A DNA stretch of 64,000 bases from Vitrella brassicaformis CCMP3155 (Eukaryota > Protista > Chromerida): positions 124,001 to 188,000 of the forward strand of contig CDMY01000295.1 in assembly GCA_001179505.1 (NCBI GenBank), given 5' to 3'. Made by a program: the position numbers and the translations under genes. The notes beneath the pieces were generated by a model. The model was not told the DNA's origin. It saw only the letters and a program-made list of their open reading frames with translations, and did no database searches. Of this stretch, positions 45,535 to 57,100 are shown piece by piece. Within the stretch, counting starts at the first letter, position 1. Every line of letters begins with the position of its first letter.

Positions 45535-48000
45535 CTACTCTTCGCCGACAGCAGCAGCAGCAGCAGCAGCAACATTCGGCGGCGTCTTCTCCCCTCCCCT
45601 GGAGCTCGTGTGGGAGCTGGAGCTGGAGCTGGGCGGCCGCTGCAGCCTCTCAATCATCAACAGCCGATACCCCGCCCAACCTATCATGATCCTGCGCATC
45701 TCTTCGAACGATATCCACTCTGTCGGCCGCTGGCCTTTCCGAGCGGTGAGCACTTCTCGCTTCACAGCGCGTGTCACCTTAGGGGCGGCAGGGGCGGTTG
45801 CTGTGCTTGTGTTGGCGTTGGTCTCGGGGCTGTTGCTTTGGGGGCTTCGGGGGCGCTCTGCTGCTGCTGCTGCTGCTGATTGAGGGGTCTCGCCTTCTGC
45901 TGCGTCGTCTCCATTTGTTGGTGCCATGTCCGGGTTATCGTTGCTGCTGCTGCTGGCCGTCACAACCTCCTCTGTCTCCCATTCCCTCCAGGCGTAAATC
46001 AGCGCATAGTGGTTGGTCAGGTGGAACAGCAGCACCGCATTTGGCCGGGCAAACATCTCCTTCAGACAGCACCACTGATACGCGACCTTCATCTCGTTGT
46101 CGCGCGAGCTCAGTGACACGAATGTCACCTCTTCTTTGGGACCCCCGGCAGCCGGGCTGTCCATGTCGCTCACGCGCGTCCGCACGCCCATCACCACACG
46201 GCATTTCAGAGCCTCACCTGGCCCGGCGAGAGAATCTGACAGCAGACGGATGCCTCCAATGACGCCCCAATTGCCGATATCCGACGTGGCTGGCTGCGGC
46301 GGTGTCAGCCTCACGAGCGTCTGCCGCTTCTTGACCAAATCAATGATGAGGTTCTCGATGTCGCTATCCCGCAAGACCTTCCCCTTCGGCCACGCACGGC
46401 TGGGCCCCTTGACGCCTCCCCCGCCCCCCCTTCTGCCCCCTTTCTGTGCTTTCGTCTTGGCTTTCGCTGCGCGGGGGTCCATCGAGAAGGGCAGCAGACG
46501 AGGGGTGGTGGTGTTGTTGACATTTGGCGTCTCCACTTCTTCGACCATGTCGAATGTGAAGCCTTTCGGGTCTTCCGGGAGCAGCGGGGAGGGGTCCATA
46601 GGTGAAGAGTCGGGGGGATATGTGGGCCCGGGAGGATCGGGCAGGCCCGGCAGATTGGCTGCCTCTCCTTCCCCCCCTTCCCCATCTGCTGCATTGTTCT
46701 CTCTGGCCGCCACCACCACATCCGCCTCGCCGTTCTCGTCATCTTGTTGGTCGTTCTTCCCCTCCGTCCGCAGCATTTGGCTGAGGCGCATAGAGACTGA
46801 CAGGCGGGGCCCTGGGCGCGCGGGCTGCCCCTCTGGCGTCGTCCCTTCGGCATACACGGCTGAGAGCGGCCGTGGGGGTGCCGATAGGGGCTCAGGAAGA
46901 GACGGGCTGGTCTCTATCGTAGGAGACACAGGAGCAGCTGACACAGGGGAGGGCTCCAGGCTGTGAGGCTCCCTTGGCATGACATCTGAGACCGAGCAAG
47001 CAACAGAAGATGAGAGAAATGACTGCCTGGAGACGACGAATAAACAACGTTCAGCTGACTCTGTTCGATTTGTGTGGTGAGGACCTCCTTGAGGCTGGCG
47101 AGGATATCGGCGTTCTTGACGCTGTGGGGGTCTTTCTTTGGCGCGCCAAGGACCTTCTGCTGCGCCTTGAGGCCCTGAAGGATCATCGTCTCGATGTCGA
47201 GGATCTCGCTGAGGTCGCCTTCGAGCAGCCGAGCCAGCTTCTGGCGCAGTCCATCGAGCTGCTCGGTTACCAGCGCCTGCATGACGCAAATTGCCTGCAG
47301 TGAGGAGATGTCACAGATGTAATAAGGAGGCTCGTAGCGTGTGTCTCTCTCTCAGTGCGTGGGGTGTGTGTGTTTGCTTACGTCATACACGTCGAGTGCC
47401 TTGTCGTCAGTGCGTCTGAGGTGCATGGCGGCGTTCCATGCACTCGCGACGGACGCAGCTGCACAGCAGGGGCTGCAGGCAGACAGACAAACACGCAGAC
47501 AGTCACAGACATTATCGCACATTCGGCGTGTCTCTTCAACGTTCGTGTCTTGTCGACCTTGGCTGCTTCACCCAGCCTTCGAACGCTGCAGCACAGAAGC
47601 GCACAGTGAGATACACAGACACCCCCGTCAGCTCTTTCCCCTCTTTACCTCCCTCCTCACCTCTTCGAGAGAACCCCATCGCAAACTTGTCCAAGGGAGC
47701 AAACGCCGCCCCGCCAGACTGCTCGCCGTCTCCCGCCTTGTCACGCTCCCCCTGTTTTGGCATGAGGAAGGATAACATGTCCTGGAAGGACATCTCTTCG
47801 GTCTCTGCCGTGTCCATCTCATAGTCAGGAACAGGCGACGCCATCGTGGGGGTTGTCGGACGGCTGGCGGGCCGCGAGCGGTTGCTCGGCGTGCCGGCAG
47901 GTTTGGAAGGCGTCTTCAACATGGCGCTTGGAGGGAGTTGCGGATAAGCTCGCAGGCCGATCGCGCATTGGCGCGCCGCCCCGCCCATCCCCGACGCCAT
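45535..48000 (-). CDS. Papain-like/C39-type peptidase-fold protein with long low-complexity insert
   Basis: Spliced WVKQPS-PCCAAASVASAWNAAM gives Gln...Cys at a helix start. The C-terminal exon has VLLFHLTNHYALIYAWREW (His) and REVLTARKGQRPTEWISF. Confidence 0.55.
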
Positions 48001-48145
48001 CACGCAGCAGGCTGAAGGTAAGTGAGATAGATCTGGCGATGGGGTGAACGCATCTGTCACATGATTATGATGTTTGGTGGTTGCTTTGCTCGGTTCTCAG
48101 GTGCGTGTGTGCTGCGATATCTCTGAGCCAGCTCAGCTGCTGGCG

Positions 48146-48967
48146 ATGGGCTCCTCCCCTCCCGTGATGACACTGGAGGAGGCGGGGGATCGGCTTATAC
48201 AAGCCGAGAAGGCCGACAAGGACCACATGGCAGTGGTCAATAAATCGCTCGCAGCCCTTGAAAACTCCCAGACGACGGCGAACACACTGCTGCTTCTGCT
48301 GGTTGTGGAGTTGAGCGGTGCCGCATTGGCTCACTTCATCATTGGCAGCGTCAACAACGCGCAGCTGGTGGCTCACGAGGGGACCATCAAGGCCCTGCAA
48401 GAGCAGCACCTGCTGGACAAGGACGCACTGATTGGCAAACACGAGGTGGCCATCGCTGAGAAGGAGGCGGCAAACATGCTTCTCCAGGATCAGTTGGCAA
48501 CGGCCACCGCGGATCTGGAGAACAAGACTGCCGCAATTAAGGCCCTCCACAAGGAGGTCGCACAGCTCACGGAGGGTCTTCGGAACACCACACAGGCCCT
48601 GCAGCAGAGAGACAAGGCCATCGTGGCTCTCAAGGACCGATTCCAGGCCAGTGAGGGAGCCCTCGCCCGAGCGAATGAGCGTCTGAAGAAGTGGTCCCAA
48701 GTCGGTGGGGGCTTCGTGACTGCGGCCATGGTCCCCGTCTGCATCCTCAGCGCCCTGGGTACCTTCTGCAGCTTTTGCGCCACCATTGCGCTGGTGCTAG
48801 GACCCTTGTTCAGCTGGATGGAAGGATCCATGAAGAAGGTCGATTGGCGCGAGGCAATCAAGCACGTCTTCTTCATCATAGGTGCGGCCGCTGCGCTCGC
48901 CTTCTGCATCTGGGCACTGCGCCTGAGTTCCACCTTGGTGTGTGAAGCCATCTCTGCGCCCGCCTGA
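48146..48967 (+). CDS. Intronless membrane protein: hydrophobic segment, coiled coil, two to three hydrophobic segments
   Basis: Open 273-codon frame. TLLLLLVVELSGAALAHFII, a heptad-rich middle, then FVTAAMVPVCILSALGTFCSFCATIALVLG and VFFIIGAAAALAFCIWAL. Confidence 0.7.
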   Translation: MGSSPPVMTLEEAGDRLIQAEKADKDHMAVVNKSLAALENSQTTANTLLLLLVVELSGAALAHFIIGSVNNAQLVAHEGTIKALQEQHLLDKDALIGKHEVAIAEKEAANMLLQDQLATATADLENKTAAIKALHKEVAQLTEGLRNTTQALQQRDKAIVALKDRFQASEGALARANERLKKWSQVGGGFVTAAMVPVCILSALGTFCSFCATIALVLGPLFSWMEGSMKKVDWREAIKHVFFIIGAAAALAFCIWALRLSSTLVCEAISAPA

Positions 48968-49877
48968 GGCACACACATGTGAGAGAGAGGAGGAAGGCCA
49001 CTGGACTCGACTTGGCTACCTATGGTGTCTGTGCGAGGGTGGGTGGGTGGCTGATGTATCCTGAGGGATGGGGGAGCGGTCATGTGTCCGTGGTAAGTAA
49101 TGGCGGTTGTCTGTCAACCAACGGCCAAAGCGACTGTGGGTGTGACGGAATTGATTGACTGACTGACTGACTGGCTGACCGGCCGATCGGTTGCTCTTCC
49201 CTGAGTGGCTGCCAGTGTGCCTTAATTCGTTAGCCTGGCCTGTGATGTTCGCCTGTCCTGCTTTGTGACTGACAGAGGGGAGGGGGGATGTTTCTGTAGG
49301 ATTCATGGTGCTGTGGGGGTCGGCTGTTTCGTTGGTTGGACACTTTGGGTGTGGGGTGGGGGGTAAGTTGGCTGAGACAGACAGACATGAGTCATCCGTC
49401 CGACTGTCGTTTCAAGTCAATTCTGTCCATTTCTGACGCATACCCTCACGGAAGTGCATCTTCCTTGTCCCCTGTCAGATCCACACCATCTCAGAGATCT
49501 CAAAGAAATCTCAAATCTCAAAGAAGGGCGTGAGAGACACGCAGACACTGTGAGGCGTCCATCCATCCATCCACCCGCCCACCCACCCATCACAAACGGG
49601 ACGTACACGCACATATGATGACAAGAGAGGGACTCACAACGAGACGTCGAGATATAAAATGCAGGCAGCAATCTGCACAGATACGGCACTCAAACACAAA
49701 CACAGCCAGGAAAAACTCACGTCTCCAACCAAGGGAAAAAGAATGTTCTCAGCCCCGTGTCCACCCTCGGCTTGGCATCCCTCACCGCCCCTCCCGCCCA
49801 CTTCCCCGCCATGTCCGCTCCTCCTGCCGCCTGAGCTCCTCGTAGCTTGGCAGGCCCGCCGCCCTGGCTGGGGAAAG

Positions 49878-51500
49878 TCAGAAACAGTCAGCCCCCCTGG
49901 CCTCTGCCGCTGGTGAGGTGATGCGATAGGCCATATCGCCAAGGACGTTGATGGTGTGGGGCAGCCAGGTGCTGAGGGCTGGCTCATGCTGGCGGTCCTG
50001 CAGGAGGCTGCCCACCCGCTGTCTGATGTTGTCGGTGAGCACTGGGCCGGCCTTAATGAAGTACCTCTCGTGGTGGCGGCTCCAGCTGAGGGTGCACAGC
50101 ATGTCGAAGCTGCGCCACTTCTGCTTGAGCTGCTCCTTGCCCATGTCGTCGAGGTGCCCCAGCTGAGCAGCTTGTCTTGCAGGCCCTCCTCGCACACCAC
50201 CGTCTTGATGAAGTCCTCGCCCCTCATCACGTCGCCCATATCCATGCCCAGCCCCCACAGTACCGCGGGCCTCGTCGATGTAGATGCCCTGCTGCTTGCC
50301 CTCCGCGTCTGGCACCATCACCCCCTTGAGCTTGAGGGTCTCCTCCAGCTCGTTGGCGGCACTGATGGTAGCGAGGTAGCGTGAGTGCCACTCTCCGGCG
50401 GCCTCCCGTTGACGGCTGTTGTCAGGACGCACCGGAAGAGGTCGACCGCTGCATCGGGGTCTTTGGCTGTTGGGCTGCCCCATGGAAGTTCAACCTTTGC
50501 ATCGAGGGGCTCCTTAGTGCGACGCCAATCACAAATTAACCCAGGGGACCTACCGGCCCAGCAAATCTCCCCCGGCTTCGCGCGAAGGAGGCTCCGCATG
50601 CGGCCGAGGTCTTGTTCGTCGATAACAGGGAGCTGCGGTTGGAGCACTGGCCTGTTGCTGTCAGAGGCGAGGAAGTGGTTGAGGCTGCTCGAAGTGGCGG
50701 CGACGTGGGTGGTAAAGAGGAAGTATCGGTTTTTTCTGAGCAAGAAGGTGCTCTTCAGGTACTTGCCGAGTTCTTGGTACTCACTGCTGTCTCTGTCAGG
50801 ACGCACGAACTCTAGAAAGAAACAAAAAGACACATGCATGAGCCGTGCGTTGCAAACATACAGTGCACCGCCCTGCCATCCTTACGATTTAGCTCGTCGA
50901 TGAGCAGCACACACGGTTGAGACGACAGCCAGGCATCGATGGTCTCTTGATCGACCCTCGCGTGGCTGATGAAGCCTTCGAAGCCGAGACGAGCCACGTC
51001 CCTACCGGCTGCCTCGGCCACCTTCTCTTTCAACCCATCTTTTGCAGCAACCCATGCAAGCCGCATGAACAGCGGCCGTGTAGTGGTGCCTACCCTCTGC
51101 TCAAGGTGGGACCGGCCTGTGCGAGAAGCATGGGATCGAGTCAAAGGGAGGGATTGTATGGCGGGACTTTGAGCGAATCGACTCAATCCGTGTACCTCCT
51201 TGAGCATGCGTGTCTTGCCTCCTCGGGAGAAGCGAGTGAGCGACATTGGCGCCACGCGGCGGTTGGTGAAGTCTGCACGTCATACCCAACTCCAGTAGCT
51301 GCAGCGCCAACACACAGCCTGCACACATCACATACATCGGTGAGACATCCATCAAACACGCCTTCTGTCTCAACGAGATACACCGCATATCACCCCCCAA
51401 CGAGACACACTTCTTGTCGCTCCAGTCGTCCTTGTCACTCTTGAAGTGGCACACGAGGGGGTGCCAGCCCGACATGTACAACTGAGAACAGCCAGCACAC
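49878..51500 (-). pseudogene. Frameshifted P-loop NTPase gene (Crinkler/RHS-associated or STAND-like)
   Basis: Walker A variant RVAPMSLTRFSRGGKTRML, Walker B CVLLIDELN, then FLFTTH. The downstream coding signal switches frames more than once (50483-49878) without usable introns. Confidence 0.6.
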
Positions 51501-53807
51501 CACACAAACACACACAGCAGCACATTCACATGCCTCAGCCAATCTCCTGATTTCCATCCATGCGCTTCCTTACGAGATGGATCCCGGGGCTCTGGAGTCG
51601 AACAGGCCACCTCAGCGGCGCCAGACGTCGTCTGGCACGAGGGACCCCAGCTGGGCCAGTTTGCGAGCCGTGGAACTGCCCAGGAGCTCCAGGACCCTCT
51701 TCTCTCATGCAGGCTGTCTCCCCTCTCCCCCTTCCCCCCCTGAGGCTCCCCAGGTCAGCCGCTTACTCTGCGACAGGTCGTCTTGCACACGGGCTGCTGA
51801 TTGCCGGCGGCGGCACAGAGGGTCGCCCACTCTTTCGTCTTGACCAATTCGGTGGTCTTCTGATTTCCTGGACCTCTTCTCCCAGCCGCCTCTCGAACCG
51901 CTGCCGCACTCTCGCGTCAGTTGCCGTCGCGGGAAGCCCCGTCACCAGGGTCCCGCCGCGAGCTACATCAACGGGGAAGTCGTCGAGCTGACACCACACA
52001 CACACGCACTCGATCACAGATTCTTGTGTGTCTCTGCACGGTGTGACACTCGTCGCAGATGACCCGTGTGGGCTACCGTCGACCGACCAGAGCATTTTGC
52101 TACCGTCGAGTCCGCGGAGACGGGGAGCGATGTTGACCAGGATAAGCTGCAGGCCCCCGTAGGCGGCCATCATGACCTTGATCAACGACAAACGCCCTGC
52201 ATAGCGCATACCACAGACAAGAGGCAAACCTCATCATCACATTTGACCACTTTGTGTCTCTCCATACCTGCTGGGAAGGCAGTAAGTCTGGGTGCTCTGA
52301 CCTTTGCAGAAAGGCGATGGCTGCAGTAGAAATGCCGGTCGGAATATGAAATGCAGGCAGCGATCTGTACGCGATCGGCGGTCCGTGTCGCCGTCAGCTG
52401 ACCCCCTGCCGGCCCTCAGGGCTCCTGACATACACCTTTTTCCCGCCCACAACAACACCTGCTAGCCGCGGGTATGCTGATTGAGTGAGATATCAGACAG
52501 AACAGAGAAACATAGACAAGGTTATGGCACCATCAACCGGACGCTCGTGTCGCCGTTCCTCCCCCACCACCCCCTCCGCCCCCGCCTGGCCGCCTGGGTC
52601 CTGGCTCCTGTGTTGTGTTGGCGACAGCTGAGCCTCGCTACACACACACACACACACACACACGTGTGACGCACACACACACATCTACGCGAAATTGCTC
52701 TCGTATGTGTAGTCGCTTACGCGTTGTCGTTGTCATTGTCGTTCATGAGACTCGTCAACATATCGAGGAATTCCACCGGGCAGCGTGTCGCCTCACATTG
52801 ATTGTACCACCACTTCCGAACTTCATCATCATTCTCCACCACCTGATTCAGTTGCCATTGGTCGGTCCTGGCAACCAGCTTTAATCTCAAGCGTCGTTGC
52901 GGCATTCTTTCGCCGGCGAACCAAGGAAGCCACAGATAGCTCCCACGGTCAGAAACCGAGAGACTCACTGGGTGTGCCTTCCTACCTCCCCGAGGCCTGC
53001 ATGCACAGAGACGCACGTACAGAGGGAGAGGGATGGATGGAGATGAGTGCTTCTCATGGCATCCATGCATACCTGACGGCTGTGCAACGACTTCGAGTGG
53101 CCCCGTTGCTGGGATTCCGGGCACATGAGCCACTTGCAGCTGCGAGTTGGACCCGCTGCTGTAGCTAGCCGCAGCACCGATGAAGTCGACGTCCTCAAGC
53201 CTGAACCGGCTGCCGAAGCGGCTTGAGGTGATATGTATCCAGCAATCATCCCACCCTGTCGCCTTGAGTCCTCCATGGACAATGCTGCATTCGCATTCCT
53301 CGCTGGTTGGCTGCTTGTGTCGTGTATGTCTCACTCGACTTACCGTGGCTGTCAATGTCCAGGACCCCGCAACAGATGCAAAAGAAAAGAGTCGTCGCGA
53401 ATATAAAATGCAGGCAGCAATTGACAGGTCACTGACAAGGAGGAGACGCAATGATGAGGATGTGACCCGAGCTTTCAGCTCGTCCCAACCAGCCCCACCC
53501 GACACACCCACCTCGACTCACCTCGTTGCGTCGTGCTGTTCGATTTGACCTCAGCACGACGGGTCTCCAGTGCTCGGGGTGGCCGGCGCTGGCTGTCCCG
53601 TTGCAGTGTCTTTCTTTCGATGGACGAAAACCTGAAGCCGCGGGTATGGGGCCGTCCCCAGTAGAGGTGTCAGCTGGTCGAGTGACATTTCCAGCTGAGC
53701 CTCGCTACACACACACACGTGTGACGCACAGAGAGAGAGAGAGAGCAAGGCTGCTTTTGTATTCTGCCATGGGTGCGTGTGTGTTATCGGCTTGGCGCGC
53801 TTGTAAT

Positions 53808-54654
53808 TTACCTCGTTAGTATCTGACATTGCCGCTTCCCATCCCACGCCCCTGCTGTATCCCCCTCCTCCCCCGCCACGGCTAAACCCTCCTCGGCCGC
53901 CGCCCCGGTCGCCCGGCATGCCCTGCAAATGCGCGGAATCAAGAAAGACAAAGGAGACAACGAGTGGGTGAGTCTGGTTGCGTCCTTGTGTGTGTGGCTG
54001 GCTGGGTGTTTGGTGGTGCACCATCTTTGCATCCGTACGAAATTGTTCTCCACGGGAGCCTGGGCGCGGCGTATGATGACCTGAGCAGCGGCGGACACAG
54101 ACACGCGCACACACATACACATACACACACATCCGTCCGTCTGTGGAGTGGACGCGTGTGTGTGTCTCTCTACTTGTCTCTCCCTCTCTCTCCCTCATCG
54201 TACCTACCTCGAGGATGTCGAGGGAGCCGCGGAGGGCGCGGACGGCCACCTTCTCCTGGGCACTCAGCCGCTCCTGCTCCTTCTCCTGCACTATGCCCTT
54301 CAAGTGGTCCTTGGCCTGAGTCATCACCACCTGGAGTTGACCCAACTTATCCTGGTGCGCCTGGTAGGGCGACGCTTTCAGGGGCTCGACCCGCCCTCCC
54401 TCATCTACAACCGACGCGTGGATGGCGCCCCGTCTGTCGCTGGCCTCCTCAAACGTGTCGGGTACTTGACACACACACACAGACACACACACAGACACAC
54501 AGACACACACACACACACACACACGGACGGGCCGGCCATGTGCGTGTGTTCCGGAGTGTCTGTCCTCCTCTCTCTCTCTCTCTCTGTCTCTCCTCTGTGT
54601 GCCCTCCCTCTGATGCGCTTCCGTGCCCACCGGGGTTGGATTCGTGGTCTTCAA
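53808..54654 (-). CDS. Hypothetical coiled-coil exon cluster, possibly a gene fragment
   Basis: Exons VPDTFEEASDRRGAIHAS...RALRGSLDILE | VIIRRAQAPVENNFVRMQRW | RICRAC. The exon end and intron are duplicated at 55035-55165. Confidence 0.35.
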
Positions 54655-55329
54655 ATCCTGGTAGAACCGGCAAATGCGAGGGCTGCATGGTTGCGATCCC
54701 GAGGCTCAGTCACTCAGTCGGGTACAACACCGCTGCAAAGCACACAGACAGACAGACAGACAGACCTGTAATATGGCGGTTTGTGCCCTCGCTGACTCGC
54801 TGCTGCAAGCAGCGCAACCGTGCGCACAGGCGCTCACCTATCCGCCGCAGTTATGCTATCCTCGATAAGACTGGCACGAAGACTGCTAGCCACTCGCGCG
54901 TCAGCACGTGCTTGCGGTATGGCGTCGGGCTCGCAATTGCGCACCCGCCCTGACGCCAGACACGGTGCGCGAAATCATACAAAGGCAGAGCATCCTCGGC
55001 AGCGCGTGGGATGGCCTGAGCAACGGCCAACACAGACACGCGCACACAAATACACACACATCCGTCCGTGCAGTGGACACGTGTGTGTGTCTCTACTTCT
55101 CTCTCCCTCCTCTCTCTCCCTCTCTCTCTCCCTCTCTCTCTCCCTCATCGTACCTACCTTGAGGACCATGAGCGAGCGGCCGAGCGCAGCTTTGGTATTC
55201 TGACCTTTGTAGAGGCGATGGATGTAACATAAGTGCCCGTCAGGATACAAAATGCAGACAGCGGTCTGTACGGTCGTAACAGCTGAAACAAAAGAAGAAA
55301 AGCATGTCTCAAGGACAGAATTCACTTAC

Positions 55330-55780
55330 GTGCTGCCCTCACCATCCTCCCACCATCCTCCCCGCCGGCAATACACACCTCCCCGTCAGCCTCGGTCACA
55401 GCACCCCCACACACCACCCCCACCACCACCGTCACGTCGTCCTTCTTGCCCCCCCGACCCAGACTCCGGCTGTAGGCTGCTCGGCCAATGGCCTGTGCTA
55501 TGGCTTCGGCGTCATTCTTGTCTTGCTGTCCGATGATATCCAGCATGCCGTCCATTTTGATGTTATCGAACACGCCGTCCGTTGCGGCTATCACAATGTC
55601 CCCCTCCTGCACAGCAGCTGTGCAGCACTGCACCCCCAGTGGGCTCCGCTCTTCTGTCGCCTCGTCAATGAAGAAGGATGGCGCACAGGGAGGGCGGGCC
55701 ACCAGGTCCTCTGGGGTGGGGTCGACGTTGATCTCTCGTCGGCACCCACAGAGGCAGGCAGGAAATAACTCAAACAACTG
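55330..55780 (-). pseudogene. C-terminal half of a PP2C phosphatase (PTC7/PPTC7-like); fragment
   Basis: VQEGDIVIAATDGVFDNI...AEAIAQAI...GGKKDDVTVVVG holds the PP2C DG and DD metal-binding motifs. The N-terminal motifs (xED, DGxG) are absent upstream. Confidence 0.75.
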
Positions 55781-56048
55781 CATCCACACACACACACACA
55801 CACAGTGATACCAAGACACGTCCCTCGCCCACTCGCTGACCATTTGGTGGTGGTGGCGGTGGCTATGGTGCATGACTTGCCGCCGGCCGTGGCGCTCACC
55901 ACCTCCCATCGATCCAGCTGGTGTTTTTGATGTGCGCAGATCTCGAGTGCCGACATCAGGTACTGTAGGCACCCACATACACATACACATACACCCACAT
56001 CCACACGCACCCCAAGGGCGCTGTGTGTCTGGTCATGTGCAGACTCAC

Positions 56049-57100
56049 TCTGTAAGGTGTGAAGGCCGTATGGATGTACTCCCTCACGCGTGGCGGCGAC
56101 TCGCCCAGGCACGCTGGCCATCCCCATGCCGTGACGGAGACAAAAAAGCCGAAGCCGATACGTCGTCCTTGGCAGCCGCCCAGCCGATGCGCAAAAGCAG
56201 CGACTGCAGCCACGGCCTCGCGCTCGATTGCAGCATCATACTTGGTGAGGTCGTTGAATGTGATGAAGAGGGAGAAGATGTCCTGCTGGCGAAGCCCTTC
56301 TCGGCTGCAGCCCCGGCTGGGCCCTACTCGGCCGCCCTGAGTAATGTCTCGGTCGAATATAAAATGTAGGCAGGGATATTGCCTACAAAGATATCACACA
56401 AGCCCCAGATATCACGCTGTCTGATGGCTGCATCATAGTCATCTCTCGTGCTTACGTTGCCGGAGGCGGGAAAAACAGGTCGACGTCTCGCGAATGCTGC
56501 GTTGCCATGGTGCTGTGTGCTGCCCTCTTTCTGCTTTCTATCTCTTCTGACTGCTCTTTTTCTGTCTTTTTTCTCTGAGGCAGCCGACGTTGATGGTGAC
56601 GAGAGGGCTCCCATTTTCCCAGCTCCTCACTGTCCCATCTGGTGACACACCGCACAGACACACACACACACACACACGCGGAGAGAGAGAGAGAGAGAGA
56701 GAGAGACATGGAGGGTTCCCTGGTGATCACGATGGGGTCATATTCAACTATCTCCCAACTCACCGCAGTGCCCTGCACCCATGCAGCCAGCCAGCCAGAC
56801 AGGCAAATGGTATGTGGCTCGTTCCTGTGTGCGTGTGGTCCATTCCCTCCCTTACTGGCGTGGGGACGGTGACGTCGTCGGCCTGTGACGGTGAGGGCTT
56901 CTGGATATGCGGCTGCGGCAGGACACTGATCGACGAGCTGGAGCTGGCCTCCGACAACGTTGCGACAAGGAGGAAGGCAAACAAACACCGAACATAGCCC
57001 TCCTGTGGCTGCACGCCTCTCCCGTGCAATCCATTACCTGGTGCCTGCCTGTTCTTGTGGCGGGAGAAGCGCCGCCACGTCATCATTGCCTCAGCCATGC
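56049..57100 (-). pseudogene. Deleted/degenerate second copy of the OAS-like gene
   Basis: 56856-57070 matches 36203-36420; 56760-56853 matches 35620-35715 (GTAVS exon and upstream intron); 56049-56113 (CLGESPPRVREYIHTAFTPYR plus donor) matches exon 9. Confidence 0.85.

Noticed and set aside
8194-56326. Stop-codon reassignment explaining several in-frame stops (TGA 8194, TAG 14626, TAG 56324)
   Set aside because: TAA, TAG and TGA each terminate well-supported genes here (ankyrin copy 1 TAA, PPDK TAG, ABC TGA), so the standard code applies.
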